Shown here piece by piece: positions 21,801 through 36,800 of a DNA stretch of 64,000 nt. The notes under the pieces were generated by a model. The model ran no database searches and was not told the DNA's origin. It worked only from the letters and a program-made list of their open reading frames with translations. Position numbers and translations under genes: made by a program. Position 1 is the stretch's first letter. Each line of letters begins with the position of its first letter. The DNA is from Podarcis vaucheri (lineage: Eukaryota), in NCBI GenBank assembly GCA_965113315.1, contig OZ220366.1. One strand, written 5' to 3'.

Positions 21801-24800
21801 CAGCATTAAATAATTAGCAGCCAAAGGGTGAACTTTTTTTTATCTAAGTTGTATGGTTGAAGGCATGGTCGCATGATCCTTTGAGTCACAATTGCTAAAA
21901 TGTGGTAAGGTTGACTAGAGTAGTAATTTCATTCAGCACAACCCTAGAATCATTTCTCCATCTTCTTCCGTAACATCAGTTCCCAATTTTGAATACCTGT
22001 GACGTACATGAGTGGCAATACAAATTTACTATAGAAAGAGCAGGCCTAGACTGGGTATAACTCGTGACAGAGGGACAAATTATGTGAAAATGTGAATGCA
22101 GTGACAGTTCCAAACTGGAGTGAGTGATCTTTTCTAGATTAAGCTGTTGTTTTTTATTTAAAAAAAAAAAAGAATGGTCATTTGATGGAAGTGGTATGGA
22201 AACTTCCCTTTTTCATTTCCACTTCTTTTTGTTTTCACAGGACAGATGCTTTACTTGTGAAGTTGTCTCTAGTAATTGGCAAAGAAGTGTTTTACTCAGC
22301 ATTATGGGGGAGTGTCCTGGTTAGTCCTTCCATAAGGCTGCCTGCCTCCCTTTTTGTTGTTAGTCATATCAACAGAGAATTATCTGGAAAACAGCAGAAA
22401 TATATGCTGGGAACTGATACTAAGCTCATGGTAGGTTACACAACTGGTAATGTGTGTTCTTTGTATGTGTTTCTAAACAAACAATTCTAGAAGCATGGGC
22501 AAATTACAAACTAATCATACACTCATGAAGGTGATACATAGCCATCCTTGGATGTCCTTTCTCAGATCATTTTCTCTGGCTGTGTTGATCAACAGCAACA
22601 AATCTAAGAATAATAGGGACCATGTGAAATCTCCCTCAGTTTAACTGCTTTGGAAAGGGGGTGAGTTTATATCCACCAGCAGAACCTTGAACTGGAAGTG
22701 CACTGAATCCCTATTTGGAGGAACACACTTTTCGCTGAAAGCAACCATAGAATCATAGAGTTGGAAGAGACCACAAGGGCCATTGAGTCCAACCCCCTGC
22801 CAAGCAGGAAACACCATCAGAGCACTCCTGACATATGGTTGTCAAGCCTCTGCTTAAAGACCTCCAAAGAAGGAGACTTCACCACACTCCTTGGCAGCAA
22901 ATTCCACTGTCGAACAGCTCTTACTGTCAGGAAGTTCTTCCTAATGTTTAGGTGGAATCTTCTTTCTTGTAGTTTGGATCCATTGCTCCGTGTCCGCTTC
23001 TCTGGAGCAGCAGAAAACAACCTTTCTCCCTCCTCTATGTGACATCCTTTTATATATTTGAACATGGCTATCATATCACCCCTTAACCTCCTCTTCTCCA
23101 GGCTAAACATGCCCAGCTCCCTTAGCTGTTCCTCATAAGGCATCGTTTCCAGGCCTTTGACCATTTTGGTTGCCCTCCTCTGGACACGTTCCAGTTTGTC
23201 AGTGTCCCTCAGTGCCCACAGAGTCTTCAGTATAGAAAAATAAGAAAGCTACATTAGTTAGAAGAAGTGCATGTTTGATCGAAAGCTGGCCCTAGTTCTG
23301 CCTAACTAAGAAGGAGATGAGGAGAGCCATGCTTGCTCTGTCATCTCTGCAGATGAGAGAAGCAAAAAGTGGGATCAAGGAAGGGAGAAGTAAGACGTGA
23401 GGTCAGCAGTCCTAAGAGTCTGGCATCTGAAGAAAATCACTACAGGTTAGGTGAGAAAGAGAGTCTAGGAAGCATGGGGATTACACTCTTACCTACTTTA
23501 TCCTCATGCAGACCCCATCAGCCTTACTACATCCTAACACTTCCAACAACTTCCCATTCCCTTTGCCCAAGGGAAGCTTGTGCCTCCGTCATGCCCTCCA
23601 CTACCAGGTATATTCCTTGGCAGCAGAGGGGTGTATTCCTCAAATGCAATTCTGTTCTTTTCTTACAGGTGAAAGCTTTTTGTGTGTCAATGCTGGATTC
23701 AAACGTTCTTGTGCAAAGGAACACTTTGGAAGTGGTTCTCTTCTTCTTCCCATTTTATTCATGTTTGGTAAGGAAAAGACTTAACTTTTTGTGGTCCAAC
23801 TCTAAGGCTCGCTACACTGACAGGCAAGTCCAAGGGAAAACTGCCTAGGCTTTGTACATTTTCTGTACATGCAAGTGATGCCTTGGCTTCTGGTTGGGTT
23901 TATTTTTTAGTTCTCCCCCACCCATTCCAAAATCAAACAAACCATTGGTCTCTGTGTAAGTATTCTGAAGATGTTTAAAGAAGGGGCAGCCCTGTACAAA
24001 ATTCTGGTTCTCTGAGGTGTTCACTGCCATATCCACCAAAACAACATGCTGCTTTAGTAACTGCAGTTTCTTGGCCACCTCAAGGGACATTTAATGCAGA
24101 TTGCATTGCAATAAATCAAGTCTTGAAGTTGCCAGTATCAGAACTACTATGGTTAGGCTGTCTTGGTCCTGATAGACATGAACAGATTGCAGCGTTAAAG
24201 TGAGAGGAGTTTTATGTTGCTAATTTTTTTATTGCCACAGTGCGGTGGCTTTGTTTGTTTTTGCATTTCCTGGTTTTTGTTTGAGGAAACTCACCTATAT
24301 CTGACTTGTTTGTTCTTTGTTTAGGATCCCAGTGAAAGTGCTGTCACACTGTCTAGATCTGATATAGTCCACCTTCTCTCAGCATCTGCCCAAACTCTCT
24401 TAAGAAGAGATATGTCACTTAACAGAAGGTTATATGCATGGCTGCTAGGTACTGTACAAATTATAGCCACATTATCTTTGTGTGTAATTTTTGCTATTGG
24501 TGTTCAGATAACTTTAGTGCACACTCTTGAAATAGAATGTTTAAAAACTCCAGGTTTCATCTGTATTTATGGGCCATCTACAGCAGAATACCGTTTTTTA
24601 CAACATTTTTGTCCTGGGATATTCAGGTAGTATACAGACATCCCCAAACACTGTATTATATGCATCTTTGCTGGAATTGCCTTACACAACTACAGCTGCA
24701 GGCCTAACCCCACTTCCCTGGAAATAGGCCACACTGAATGCAATTGGACATACTTCTGAGTAGGCGGGGTTATGATTATACCGTATGTAGAGAAGTGCCA

Positions 24801-27800
24801 TTTGTGTTACCTTGCATAAGATTTTGTGTGCACAAGCGTTTCCCCAATGGAAGGGGAGTACCACAGAAGTATCAATTAGACCAGGGGTACCCAACATGCC
24901 CCCCCCCCCGCCATCACCTGTGGCCAAGCTGGCTGAGGCTGATGGGAACTGTAGCACAACATCATCTGGAGGGTGCCACATTGGCTACCACTGCCTTTGT
25001 CTTTGAAAAATTGCACCCTTTATTGTCATACATTGCTTACTCAGTGACTTAAATTGACAGCTTGCTTTCTCAGTAATTCAGGAATACCAAGTAGAAAGTT
25101 TAAATTAATAGAAGGCTCTGTGTCCACTGTATTATGAACTATTTTGTGAAACAGAAATCAATATTAAGCCAGACAGTTGATTATTCACTTTGTAAGACTG
25201 GTGGGATTAAAGGTCTATATTTCACTTACCAGGTAAATGCCATGGATCAGGACATGCTTTGTATGTAAAAAATCCCGGGTTTAATCCTTGGCATCTTCAG
25301 ATAGAGCTGAGAAACAAATGCTTTTGTCTGAAACCCTAGGGATCTGTGGCCAGGCAATGGAGATGATACTGAACTAGATAGAGTGAGTGATCTGGCTGTG
25401 TATAAGTCAGATTCCTATCTCCAGATCACTATTTTACATCCATACTAGATATTGCTTATGTGTGAGGGGAAAGTGTATCCAACTTCATGTCAGATTTTAA
25501 TAGCACGAGCATAAATCTGACATCCTGTTTATTACATTTTGTTTATTCAACCATTTATGGTCTGTTTAACACCTTAGTCTAGTAAAGGTGCACAATAAGG
25601 TCACAAAAAAGATACAATGAAGATAAAATCATGTTAAAAGAAATTGGGAAAGGGTACTGCTAAAATAAAGCACCAGACATTCAACAACCAGCAGGCCTGT
25701 CTGAACTCAGCTGGAAGAGAGCTCCAGAGAATTGGGCCCACAGTGCTGGATACACAGCTCCTGGTGGATGCACTTTGGTCTCAATATAACTCACAGGAAG
25801 TTAGCATGCATGTATTGCATCTATAGTAGTAGCTCATATTATGGGCTTCCACCACCTACAGTATCGAATGTGACATGTATGTGACTCTACAAAAGACCAA
25901 AGAAAGTTAAACGTACTGCCACACTTTCTTTTAGATTGGTCCTGCTGCCAAATTAAGCAAAATCCCCTGATTCCACACTGATGGCTTAAGTGCTATTAAT
26001 GTCGGAAGGGGAAAGCAGTTCAACCTTTGTCATAGTTGTTTGTGCCGTTGATTTAAAAGTATATTATATTGCATTCATTATATTTAATCCACTTTCATAT
26101 TTTCTTTATTTATCATGTTCTCAGGTTCTGATATCAAGGGAGGTACTTTTCTACCAGATCCGTCTATTTCTATGTCCTTAGAGGACCACGCCTTCTACTT
26201 TTTTGGGAAATATTCCAAAGATCTTTTAGTTGAGGTGCGTAATATTCCTTGAAGAATGTAACCTGTATTATAATAAATTCCCTGAAAGATGCATTCCTTG
26301 TTGCCTAGTCACCCGTGTGCAAGCTCAGCAGCTCATAGGATCACATATGGGAATTTTGGTGGTAGCATCCAGTTCTCAGTCTCAGTGTGTAGGTACAGCA
26401 GGAGGAAGTGGCACAGCCATGTCAGCAACTGCATTTCATTGCTGACATCATTCAACTGTCTCTACTAGTTATGCTTCTGTTTTGTAGCTCTGAGTGCAAG
26501 GAGGAAGCAGGTCGTAATACTAGAACTGCAGAAAAATCAACATTTCCCTTCAATTCATAGAGTCATAAAATCGTAGTTGGAAGGGACCCCGAGGATCATC
26601 TAGTCTAACCCCCTCTAATGCAGGGATTTCAGCTAAAGCACCCAAGACAGATGACCATTCAACCTCTGCTTGAAAACCTCCGATGAAAGAAGAGTCCACC
26701 AGCTCTTGTGGGAGTCTGCTCCGCTGTTGAACAGAAAGTTCTGTCTGATGTTTGGTTGGCATCTCCTTTCTTGTAACTTGAACCCATTGATTTGGGTCCT
26801 TGCCTCTGGAGCAGGAGAAAACAAGCTTTCTTCTTATTCCATGTAACAGCCCTTTAGATGTTTGGAGATCATAGAATCATAGAGTTGGAATAGACCACAA
26901 GGGCCATCGAGTCCAACCCCCTGCCAAGCAGGAAACACCATCGGAGATGGCTATCATATCTTCTCCCAGTCTTCTCTTAGCCAGACTAAACATACCCAAC
27001 TCCCTCAAACATTCCTCATCAGGTTTGGCTTCCAGATCCTTGATCATCTTGCTTGCCTCCTGCACACGTTACAGCTTGTTAATATCCTTCTTAAATTGTG
27101 ATGCCCAGAACTGAACACAGTATTTCATATGTGGTCTGACCAAGGCAGTACAGAGCGGTACTGGAAACTATACTTCTATTGATGCTGATTCCTAGTTCTA
27201 AAGGCAATGTGGGGGAATTGTCTGCTGTGGGTAGGAGCTATTGGCTATGCTCTTTCCCCTGTTCATGCCAAACCACATACTACTTTAGCCGCTGCAGTGC
27301 AAGCCACTATGTTTTCTCTGCAGTTGCAGGAGAACCACAATGTTAGGTTGTAAAAGAGGAATTCTGAAAATGGCTTTGGAATCTGCCGTCAGTTTTCCAC
27401 CCTTCTTTTCAGTCGGGGTTTGGCTGTGTTTTGAGATTAGCAGTAAGCAGTAAGATTAGAGTAAGTGACAATGTTAATGCTATTTTTGCTTCCAAATTCA
27501 ACATTTGATTGTTTTAACAGGCGTTGATTGAAATACTGCATCAAAATTTTGCAGAATCTGACTTGGAGGAACAGCATCATGCATATTTGAGACCATTCCG
27601 CATTCTGATAAGCCTACTTGACAAACCTGAAATAGGTAAGAAGGAAGTCTCTCAAGAGAACTAATACAAAAATATACTTGGCTACATATATTTGTTTTCC
27701 ATTTGTTCTAGGTTTGTGCCTTTAGCAAGCATCTGACATGGGATGACAAATGATGGTTAAAGAAGAAAGTTAAAGAACTAAGTCACAGCTAAAACAAACC

Positions 27801-30800
27801 ATAGCCAGCAACAAATCCTGACTGCAGAGTATTGTTTGTTGGTTATAAACAAATCATACCAATTAATAAACTATGGGTTAACATTACATGTGAACAGGCC
27901 AATAGATGGCTAAGCAAAACAAAAGACAAACTTTACAGCATCTTTGCCAATAGGTAGCAGGATGTAATTCGCTCTACGCAGGGCTGCCCTTGAAGCTGTC
28001 CCAGAAACTCCAGCGGGTACAGAATGCTGCAGCGAGGCTCCTCACGGGGTCTCTGCCATGGGAGCATATTCACCCAGTGCTTTTCCAGCTTCCCTGGCTC
28101 CTGGTGGAGTACAGGGTCAGATTTAAGGTGGTGGCTTTGACCTTTAAAGCCCTTCCTGGCCTAGGACCTCGTACCTACGGGACCGCCTCTCCCAGTATGC
28201 CCCACGGAGGACCTTAAGGTCCATATATAGCAACACCCTAGAGGTCCCCAGCCCTAAGGAAGTTAGATTAGCCTCAACCAGAGCCAGGGCCTTTTCAACA
28301 CTTGCACCGGCCTCGTAGAACGCTCTGCAGGGCCCTGCAGGATCCGATTTCTTTCCGCAGGGCCGGTAAGACAGAGTTGTTCTGCCTGGCCTTTGGCTTG
28401 GAATCAACTTGATCCCCTCCCCCTCTTTTTCCTTTTTCCTTCTGTGATGGAACTCCTATTTGGGGACTTCCCTGGCTTTTTTCTGGCCCACGTAGGTACA
28501 GTCTGGATAGTTGGCCTTGGTGAAGATTTGACGTTTTCATCCCCAAAAAGTTTTTGATTTGAATTTCTACTGAAATGAAGCTGCATTTTAATGTTGTATT
28601 TTCAGTTTGTTTTTAAGTTGTATTTTAATCAATTGTTTTTATACTCAGTGTTAGCCGCCTTGAGCCCAGTCTTGGGGGGGCAGGGTATAAATAAAAATTA
28701 TTATTATTGTTGTTGTTATTATTATTATTATTTATTTGTTTATTATTCTTATCATGATGAGTCCCAATAAGGCTTGTGCCCAGATCACTAGTCATGTGCT
28801 TCAGTATGCCTCCAGGATATGCAGGAAACACACTATGAACTGACCTTTGTTTTGTCCATATCAGCTTTATGGCCATAGCTTCATATTGGTTTTTAAAACC
28901 ATCTTGTCTCTAGATTATGTTCTGAATGGCTGTCAACCTTGGCTGCTTGAGTAGCTCTTGTGGATTTCTATTGTGGAAATAACATTTCTGTTCCTAAATG
29001 TTTAGAAGTAACTCTAATGGTTCTAGGGGTTGCTCGTGCGTAAGCCAGTGCAAACACCTGGATGGGTTGCCTGAGTGAACCTTTTCTGTCCGGACAGCCA
29101 CTCACCCGTGGCTATCTCAATCGCTGGCAGAATCCGTCAGTGGGCGTTTCTTAAACTTCTTCCAGCAAAGAAGTTCTTTGACGCCCAGTCTCCTCCTACT
29201 CTCCCTGCGCGGAAGCCTTCTGCGCAAGGAGGGCGTAGGCAGCGGAGGACCTCTACTCTCCCTGCTGGTCCCCGGCAAGGAGTCATGTGACCTCCTCGCC
29301 GCTTCCCCCATCTGCCCCCCTTCTCCACTGGTGCTACGCTGATTCTCTTCCCCAGAAGATGGGCTGCCTCTCCCACTCCCGGGACGCTCTCTGAAATCCC
29401 TCCGGATTTTGCTCTCTCCCTCCGGCACTGATGGCAGTTCCCTGACAGTAACTGCCAAACTAATGTTGCATTTTCAGGGTCTCTTGTGGTTTAACTGTTA
29501 GATGTTCTGCAATCCTGCTTTTTCTTTCTCTCTAATAAAATAAGGAAGTATATTCCACTGGTATGAGCATGCTACTGTTACTTCACTTTTAAAAGCCTGA
29601 CATATAATAGAAAAATACTACCATTATTTCATACATCTGTGCAATATTTAAATATAAGAGAACCTGTGGCATTATTTCTATCCTTTTGAAATATTGCTTG
29701 AAATTGGTGTATAGGCTACAGCAAGCAAGATCTTCTCTCAAAAGTATTGTTTGAATTTATTTTGAGGAAACCTAGTGCAGATGTAAAGAAGCGCTAGCCC
29801 TTCTGCTTTCAAAGGAACTGGTTGTATATTTGTTGTTTGTTCTGCTCTGAGTAGACCCATTGAAATTAATGAACATTACTTACTTGGCAGCATCTATTCT
29901 TTGAAACTCCCTGCTTATTGACATCAACCTTGGATGTTCTCTTTTCAGTGCCTGCTTAAAACATTTTGTTGAAATAACAAATCTGTGGTAAGGGGACAGG
30001 CCACAATAGTAGCTCAGAATAAATGTTGTATAATATGAATTGTTGCAGTCATTGCGGGGGGGGGGGGGAATACATATATTTCTAAGTACTTGCAGTGGGT
30101 CTTGCTGAGGAATATAAAATAGAAGAAAAGCTCCTGAAAAATAGTTGTATTAGTTTGTTGCAACAAAAACAAGGATCCGTTGCTTTAAAGGCTAAAATGT
30201 AATGCCATAAGCATTCTAAGCTAAAGCCTACTTCATCTGATGACCTGAGACCAGTACAGTACTCAGCTTCTCACTAAGAATATTAAGGTTCTAGGAAACA
30301 ATTTCTGATCACATTGTCGGTTTTTAATCATTCCAGTAAAAATGGAACAGGGCTTGACAATTATCTACATAATTCATTGGGCCACTAAGAAATTGGGTTT
30401 CTATTTCCTCCTCTTCTATGCTGAAATAAAATATTGCCACTCATTATGATCAGACTTCATTGTATCTTTCTTTTGTTGAAGGACCACCAGTTGTTGCAGA
30501 TTTGTTTCTTGAAGTGATCAGAGCATTCTATTCTTATTGCAAGGATACACTGGGTTCTGATCTTAAACTTAGTTACAGTCAAACGGGAAATGTCCTTACA
30601 AGGTATGCTTTGGTCTTTCTTTTTCTTTTTTTGCTCTGACATTAATCAGGTGCCTAAAAAACACTACTGGGATTTGATTTATCTCCCCACCCCCACCCCG
30701 CTAGTTCCCTGCTGACCATGACTATTGTGTCATTGCATTTGAGTACCCAAATTAGCATTTCCCTGAAAGTAAATTTCATTGAAACTGAGCATTGAACTAG

Positions 30801-33800
30801 AATACTTAGACAGTTAATATGTCGATCATTTTTTTTATAGGTAGTGGTGAGTGAGCACCCCTGCACTCAGTTTAGAATGGGCACACTGCAAGCAAATTGT
30901 AATTAAGGGTTTGGTTTTATTTGAGACTGCATCAAGCTGAGACCTCTCAATTCTCTTGATGATGACATAGGGGGAAATGGCTGCAGGGCCCCTTGTTGGA
31001 TTATCAGCTGCAAAAGTCAATTGGAAATGTAGGTCCATTGATGCCGGTAGTCCAGTAGGGCTTATGGTATCATGGCAACTACAGTACATAACCCGTCTTC
31101 TGGTCAGGATGCTGTCAGAAGCATATGCAGCAGAAATCAACAACAGCCGATGAGACATAGTTCCCATTACCCTGCTAGATTTCTTATTTTGCAGTATATA
31201 TTTGTTCTTTGACTTCTGTCCTTAATACTTCAGAATGCTTACTGCTGAATATTTACTACATTTGTTTGACTCTTGCTGTTTTTAGTGCAATCAAAGAAAA
31301 CAAGAATGCATCTGAGATAGTTAAAACAGCTAATCTGCTGATCACATCCTTAAGCACGGATTTTCTCTGGGATTATATGACCAGATGTTTCGAAGACTGC
31401 TTCAGGTAGCGTGCGCGCTCTCTCTCTATATATATATATATTATGCTGTTAGAGTTAATCTAAGAGTCTGAACTTTGCTACTTATTCTTGACCTACTGTG
31501 TGTTGTATGTATTTCCTATGAAGTTTTATTGTTGTACACCACTGTAATACATTTTTGAAAAGCATTATAGGAATCTTTCAATAGTCATTTATTTAAGTAA
31601 GTGAGTGAGTAAGTAAATGGCTGAGAGAATGGTAGAACAAATTTGAATTAAATGAGTTGGTTACTTTACCTAAAAAAGTATTCAGTATATCCTTTTGAAC
31701 CTGTTGGACAGTTCAGTTGAAGATAATGTTTGAATCTTAGTTTTGTTTGTTTATTTATTTCATATTGTTGATGAATTGCTTCCTATGAAATTTCTTTATT
31801 TAACAATAAAAGCATAACTAACCGAAACAATAGTTTTCATATGCAGGTTTTTAAAATCTTGTTTTGTTTGTTAACTTTTTATCTTATTAAAGGGAGTCAG
31901 GTTAATTCATCCTTTATCCTTAAATGTGTATGCATTTTCATGTCTTGGCATACAAGATCCTGGCCATTGATATAATGTATAAAACTTAGGGATAATATGC
32001 TGCTGCAGTGTTCACTTTCACATCTCTTCAATGCTTGAGCTTTATTACATTTCAGCCATAAATATCGAAACATTTCTTAGCTGCATTTCTACCAAAAGTA
32101 GCAAGCAAGATAAAACATCAATGCAGTTCAGTTTCTAAAAAGTTTCTCAAAACCACGCTTTCCCTTTCAATTGCAGAAATAAATCTATGCAGACACAACT
32201 TATGACGAGGAATGTTGCAACCGTTTCAGAACTCTGCACTCTACTGATATTTCTTCTAGATGTAATACCATTAGTAAGTCAATTTCCATGTGTATCCCTG
32301 CAAATAAACTAATTATTAAGAAAACACATTTTTAATTGCCAAATATCTGATGGTGCATGAACACATTTGTCATTTGAAAAGTGTTTTTTGCATACTAGTC
32401 TTGTCTTTATTATTTGCTCAACTTTTATGACTTAAGTCTCACACATCTATTAAAGAGCTGTGGAATGATAGGTTTTGTTCGATGTTTTGTACATTTATGG
32501 ACAGCTTTTGTGCCCTAGAAGAAAACAAAAGATTGATCATTTGAGCGGGGGGGGGGGGGGGAATATGCAATAATCTGCAAACTTGTTTTTACAACCTCGT
32601 TTAATATTGGATAACTATGTATGTGCTGTGTTCTTTAGCTGTTCTTTAGGTTCAAGTAAAGTGACTTCTCTAGGGTTAATAAATTATTTTATTAATTATT
32701 TACTTAAATTATTTAATATAACCTGCCATTCTTCAACAAGGCCCAGAATGTTAGCAACATGAGTAAAAGCAGTTGTTTAAAAAATGACATCAAAGTGTAC
32801 AAGAATCAATCTTTATTTTAAAATGTTAACAGAATAAATAAGATTAGAATAAAGATGTAATTGGTTGCCTGTATATACATAAAACTTAATAAGCAAGAAG
32901 AACTGATTTCTAAATTAAATGTACGTCATTTAAGAGATTTGCTTATTTGAAATGTCTTGTTTTTATAGGAACTTTATTCCGAAGTGCAGTCTCTCTATCT
33001 GCCACAGATGCTCTGCTGTATAGTTCAATCTCTCCTTGAAAACATGGAAACACTAAGTTTACCAGAGCTCACTCATGCCTTAAGGACATGCTTCAAAGTA
33101 CTTAGCAAAGTGCAGATGCCCCCTGCCTACCTAGGTACTGATACAGGAAGCTCAGACACTGTAGGTATTAAGAGATGAGTTTATGTCTATAATAAATTTT
33201 GTGAACTGATTAATCAGATTGTTAATGTGGTCATTCATTATGCTGTACTGTAGTTCTTATGCTGTAATGGGACGCTTCGCCTCCCCCCCCACCCCACCCC
33301 ACCATCCTAAGTATTAAACTAGGTATCAGTACTATGTTTCTTGCAAATAACACAAATATTCAGTTTGACTTGTCATGTCAAGAGTCTGATGCTTATGGTG
33401 GCTTTCTGCACTTGGCCCAAAAGGCTAAATATTCAGTCTCATACATGATGAGAGGTGTAGGGGCTTCAGTACAGTATTTTGCTATAGTAATATTAATATT
33501 GGAATAACTACCAACCGCTACAAATATCCGCTTCTCAGGGAAGGTAGTGGAGAGTTTGACTTTTACAGGGAGCAACCATGCTCCTGCTTCTCTTGTGGCT
33601 TTCAGTACCACAGACAGAGATATGCTCCTGGACCAGCTCCATCGGATGGGGATTCTGTGTTACACTGATTTTGATCCTTTCTACAGGACCAAGTCCAGAA
33701 AGTTGTATTAAGAGATTGCTTTTTTTGCCCCCTGGTGATTACACTAAGGGATGCTGCACTGTTTTATTTCAAATGGTATTTAATATTGATATGAAGCTGC

Positions 33801-36800
33801 TGGGAACATTCATGAGGGCAAAATGGCATCAGTACACTGAAACTCAGCTCTCTTTCTCCATAACATCTGAATTTGTGTAATACTTAAAGCAGAATATGCC
33901 TTTGCACTTGAATAGCACAAGGATAGTTCCAGGCAAATATAAATCCCCACTGTTTTCTACCAGATATGTGTCTTTGTTTAATGTAAGGCAGTGTTCAACC
34001 CCACATCTGTTCATTTACTTATAAAAATATTTATATGCCTATAAAGAAAATAGCAAAGTGGTTCACAACTGTACATAAAGCCATACAATAAAAACCATAT
34101 AAAAGGTTTACATCAGAAATTGGATAGCTGTTGTGGAAGTATATATTTCTTGTTTGCTTGCACAAGCCTGATGGAATAGAAAAAGTTTTTACCAGGCATT
34201 TGAAACATGCAAGGATGTTTTAATTTTATTCATGTATGGTTTTTGTATAAACCTCAACATTCACATTTGGCTCCACATCTTTGCGTTATTTCAGAGCCCC
34301 ACGGGGGAAGAAAACCAGGAACTGACTACAGAATCCAAAGTGCTCCAGAATGAAGATGACGCTCTTTTTCCTCCACTCAAGTCTGAAGACAGTGGTATAG
34401 GCCTTAGCACTTCATCCCCAGAGTTCTCTCAGCACTTGAGAATACCTAGGGTAACTCCTGAGAAAGATGATGTCTGGAAAAAGGGTGGAAGCATGCAGAA
34501 GACCTTGCAGTGCATCCAGGAGCTGGTGGCAAAATTTGCCAGCAAATACGTATTTGTCGTTCATCTACAAGATCCCAGTAATGGCAGTGTTCTGTCAGTG
34601 CATTCAAGACAAGGGGAGAAAAAAGGAAATCATTATCAAGCTGCTGGAAATATTTCCAAGAAAAGGAGCTCATGGGACTCCAAGCAAATAACTGTGCCTC
34701 AGTTTAAGCAGATGCTAACAGACCTATTCACTGTCCGAGGGTCATCTTTTAAACAGAAAGATCTGGATCCTCCATCTCCAGAAGAGCTTGGTGGTGAAAG
34801 GGGGAAAAAGGAAGAAGAATGGGATATTGACCAAGTTATGCTTGACTTGGGAGATATGAGAGAAGACTGTAGAGAGGCCTTTGCAGCTATGTGCTACCTC
34901 TTATTGGATTGTACTACATTCCCTGTTTATCTTTCTGAGGAGGAAACTGAGGAGCTCCATTTGTCTCTCTTTCAAGTGCCTGGTAAGAGGAACATTATAA
35001 TTTGCAGAAGAGTACATAATAAGGCAGTGTTGTGTATTCAATAATCTTCCATTAGAATTGTGCAAAAATAGTAATGTGATAGGGCTCTAAATTTGTAAGT
35101 GTAGGGCAAGGACCAGTTAAGGCCTAGGGCATGTGGCTTTCAGAGTGCTGGCAAAGAGCAAATAAAGCCCTGAGTGAAGAAAGGATAGCCAGGTATGTGT
35201 TGGGCAGATTGAAGGTGAAAGGATCAAATAGGCACAATCTCAGATTTGCCAGTATTTCGTTAAAGTGATGTTTTCTGAAAGAGCTTGTGCTCTTTGACTG
35301 CATTCCAATGCATATTTACCTAGGAGTAAGTCCCACTGAGCATAGTTGGACTTGTTGCTAGGTAAATGTGCATTCATACCTTGGTTGCTTTCTTCGGCTT
35401 GGCATGTTGAGGTCTGGATGAGATCCCTGTCTAATTTGCATTTCCCATGCACAATTGGCCAATCACTTTCAGATGAAAAATGGGTTGATACTTCTATCAT
35501 CTTGTTTAGTAATGTGTCTAGCAATGTAATGTACTTACCTAGTAATGTTCTTTAGATTGTGTGTACCGCCAGGGCTCTTAAGAAAGAAGACAGAAATATC
35601 AGTTTGTTTGGAGAAAGTACAAAAATATATTTAAAAAAAACTTTAATGGGATAAAAAGCAACCCCAAAGCAGCCCAAAGTGGACTAAACAGGTTGAATAA
35701 CTAAAGAATGTTGACTGTTGGTTAGAAGGGAAAGTGGTGGTTGTGGGGGGGGGGGCAGGAATGGCTGGGCTGGCTAGAATCCTGAGCAGGATCACATCTA
35801 TATTAGAGAAGGGCAGAGCATCTGTTTTGCAGACAGAAGTCCCCATGATCAATCCCCAGCATTTCTGGGCAGTTCTGGGAATGTCCCCTAGAGCTGCTGC
35901 CAAGCAATGTAGACAACGCTGATCTAAATGCAGCTTCCTATGTACCTATGCACTCATATTATTATTATTATTTTTAAAAAATATTGGTTTTTCAAAAAAA
36001 AATTCAAACAAACAAACATAAATCTTCACTATATTTAAACCAAACTTAGTGACATTGTTAAGTGACTTCCTCGTATCCCCCTGGTTGAATTTCAGTGTAT
36101 ATCATTTTAACGGTTCCCCAACACCAATATTCTTATAAAATTAACTTATTCACTTAACATTTTTCTCTCTTTTCAATTCAGCATTACAACATATTAATTC
36201 ATCACATTACATATTAAAATCCTAAGCCTATCTGGTATTTACAAGCTTTTCCAATTACATATTTAACTAAATAGTCTTTAAATTTCATCCATTCTTCCTG
36301 ATAATCCTCCTCCTGGTCACGGATTCTTCCAGTCAGGTTGGCTAGCTCCGAAAGTACCTATGCACTCATAGGTGAAGGATGCATTGTAACATTTTGTGGC
36401 ACTTGCATATGTTAAATGATAAATGTTTGTCAAGGGGACAGACTGTTCCAAATAACGATTGTACTAAAACTGGAGGTAAAACTATTTGTCTGCTCTCCTC
36501 AGGTGGCTGTGAATCCAGTTTTCCCCTGTGGCTCAAATCCCTGATGACAATATGTTGCTGTGTCAATGACTGCCACATTCAGAATGTGTCCATCTCTGTA
36601 CTGCTAGAAGTAATTAACCAATCCCAATCATTGGCACTGGTTATTGAAGACCGAGTAAAGCGGTATAAAGTTCCTGGGCAGAACCCCTTCTTTGGAAGGC
36701 TGCAGATGGTCACAGTTCCTCCTATTGCACATGGCGTTCTCAAACTTATTTCAGAAAAAACTGATTTCTACCAGGTAATGTACTAAAATGCACGCCAAGC

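Noticed and set aside
33161-33166. Alternative donor 4 nt downstream (G|GTATTA) for DOP1B coding exon 12
   Set aside because: It would be phase 1 and break the frame with the phase-0 acceptor at 34295.
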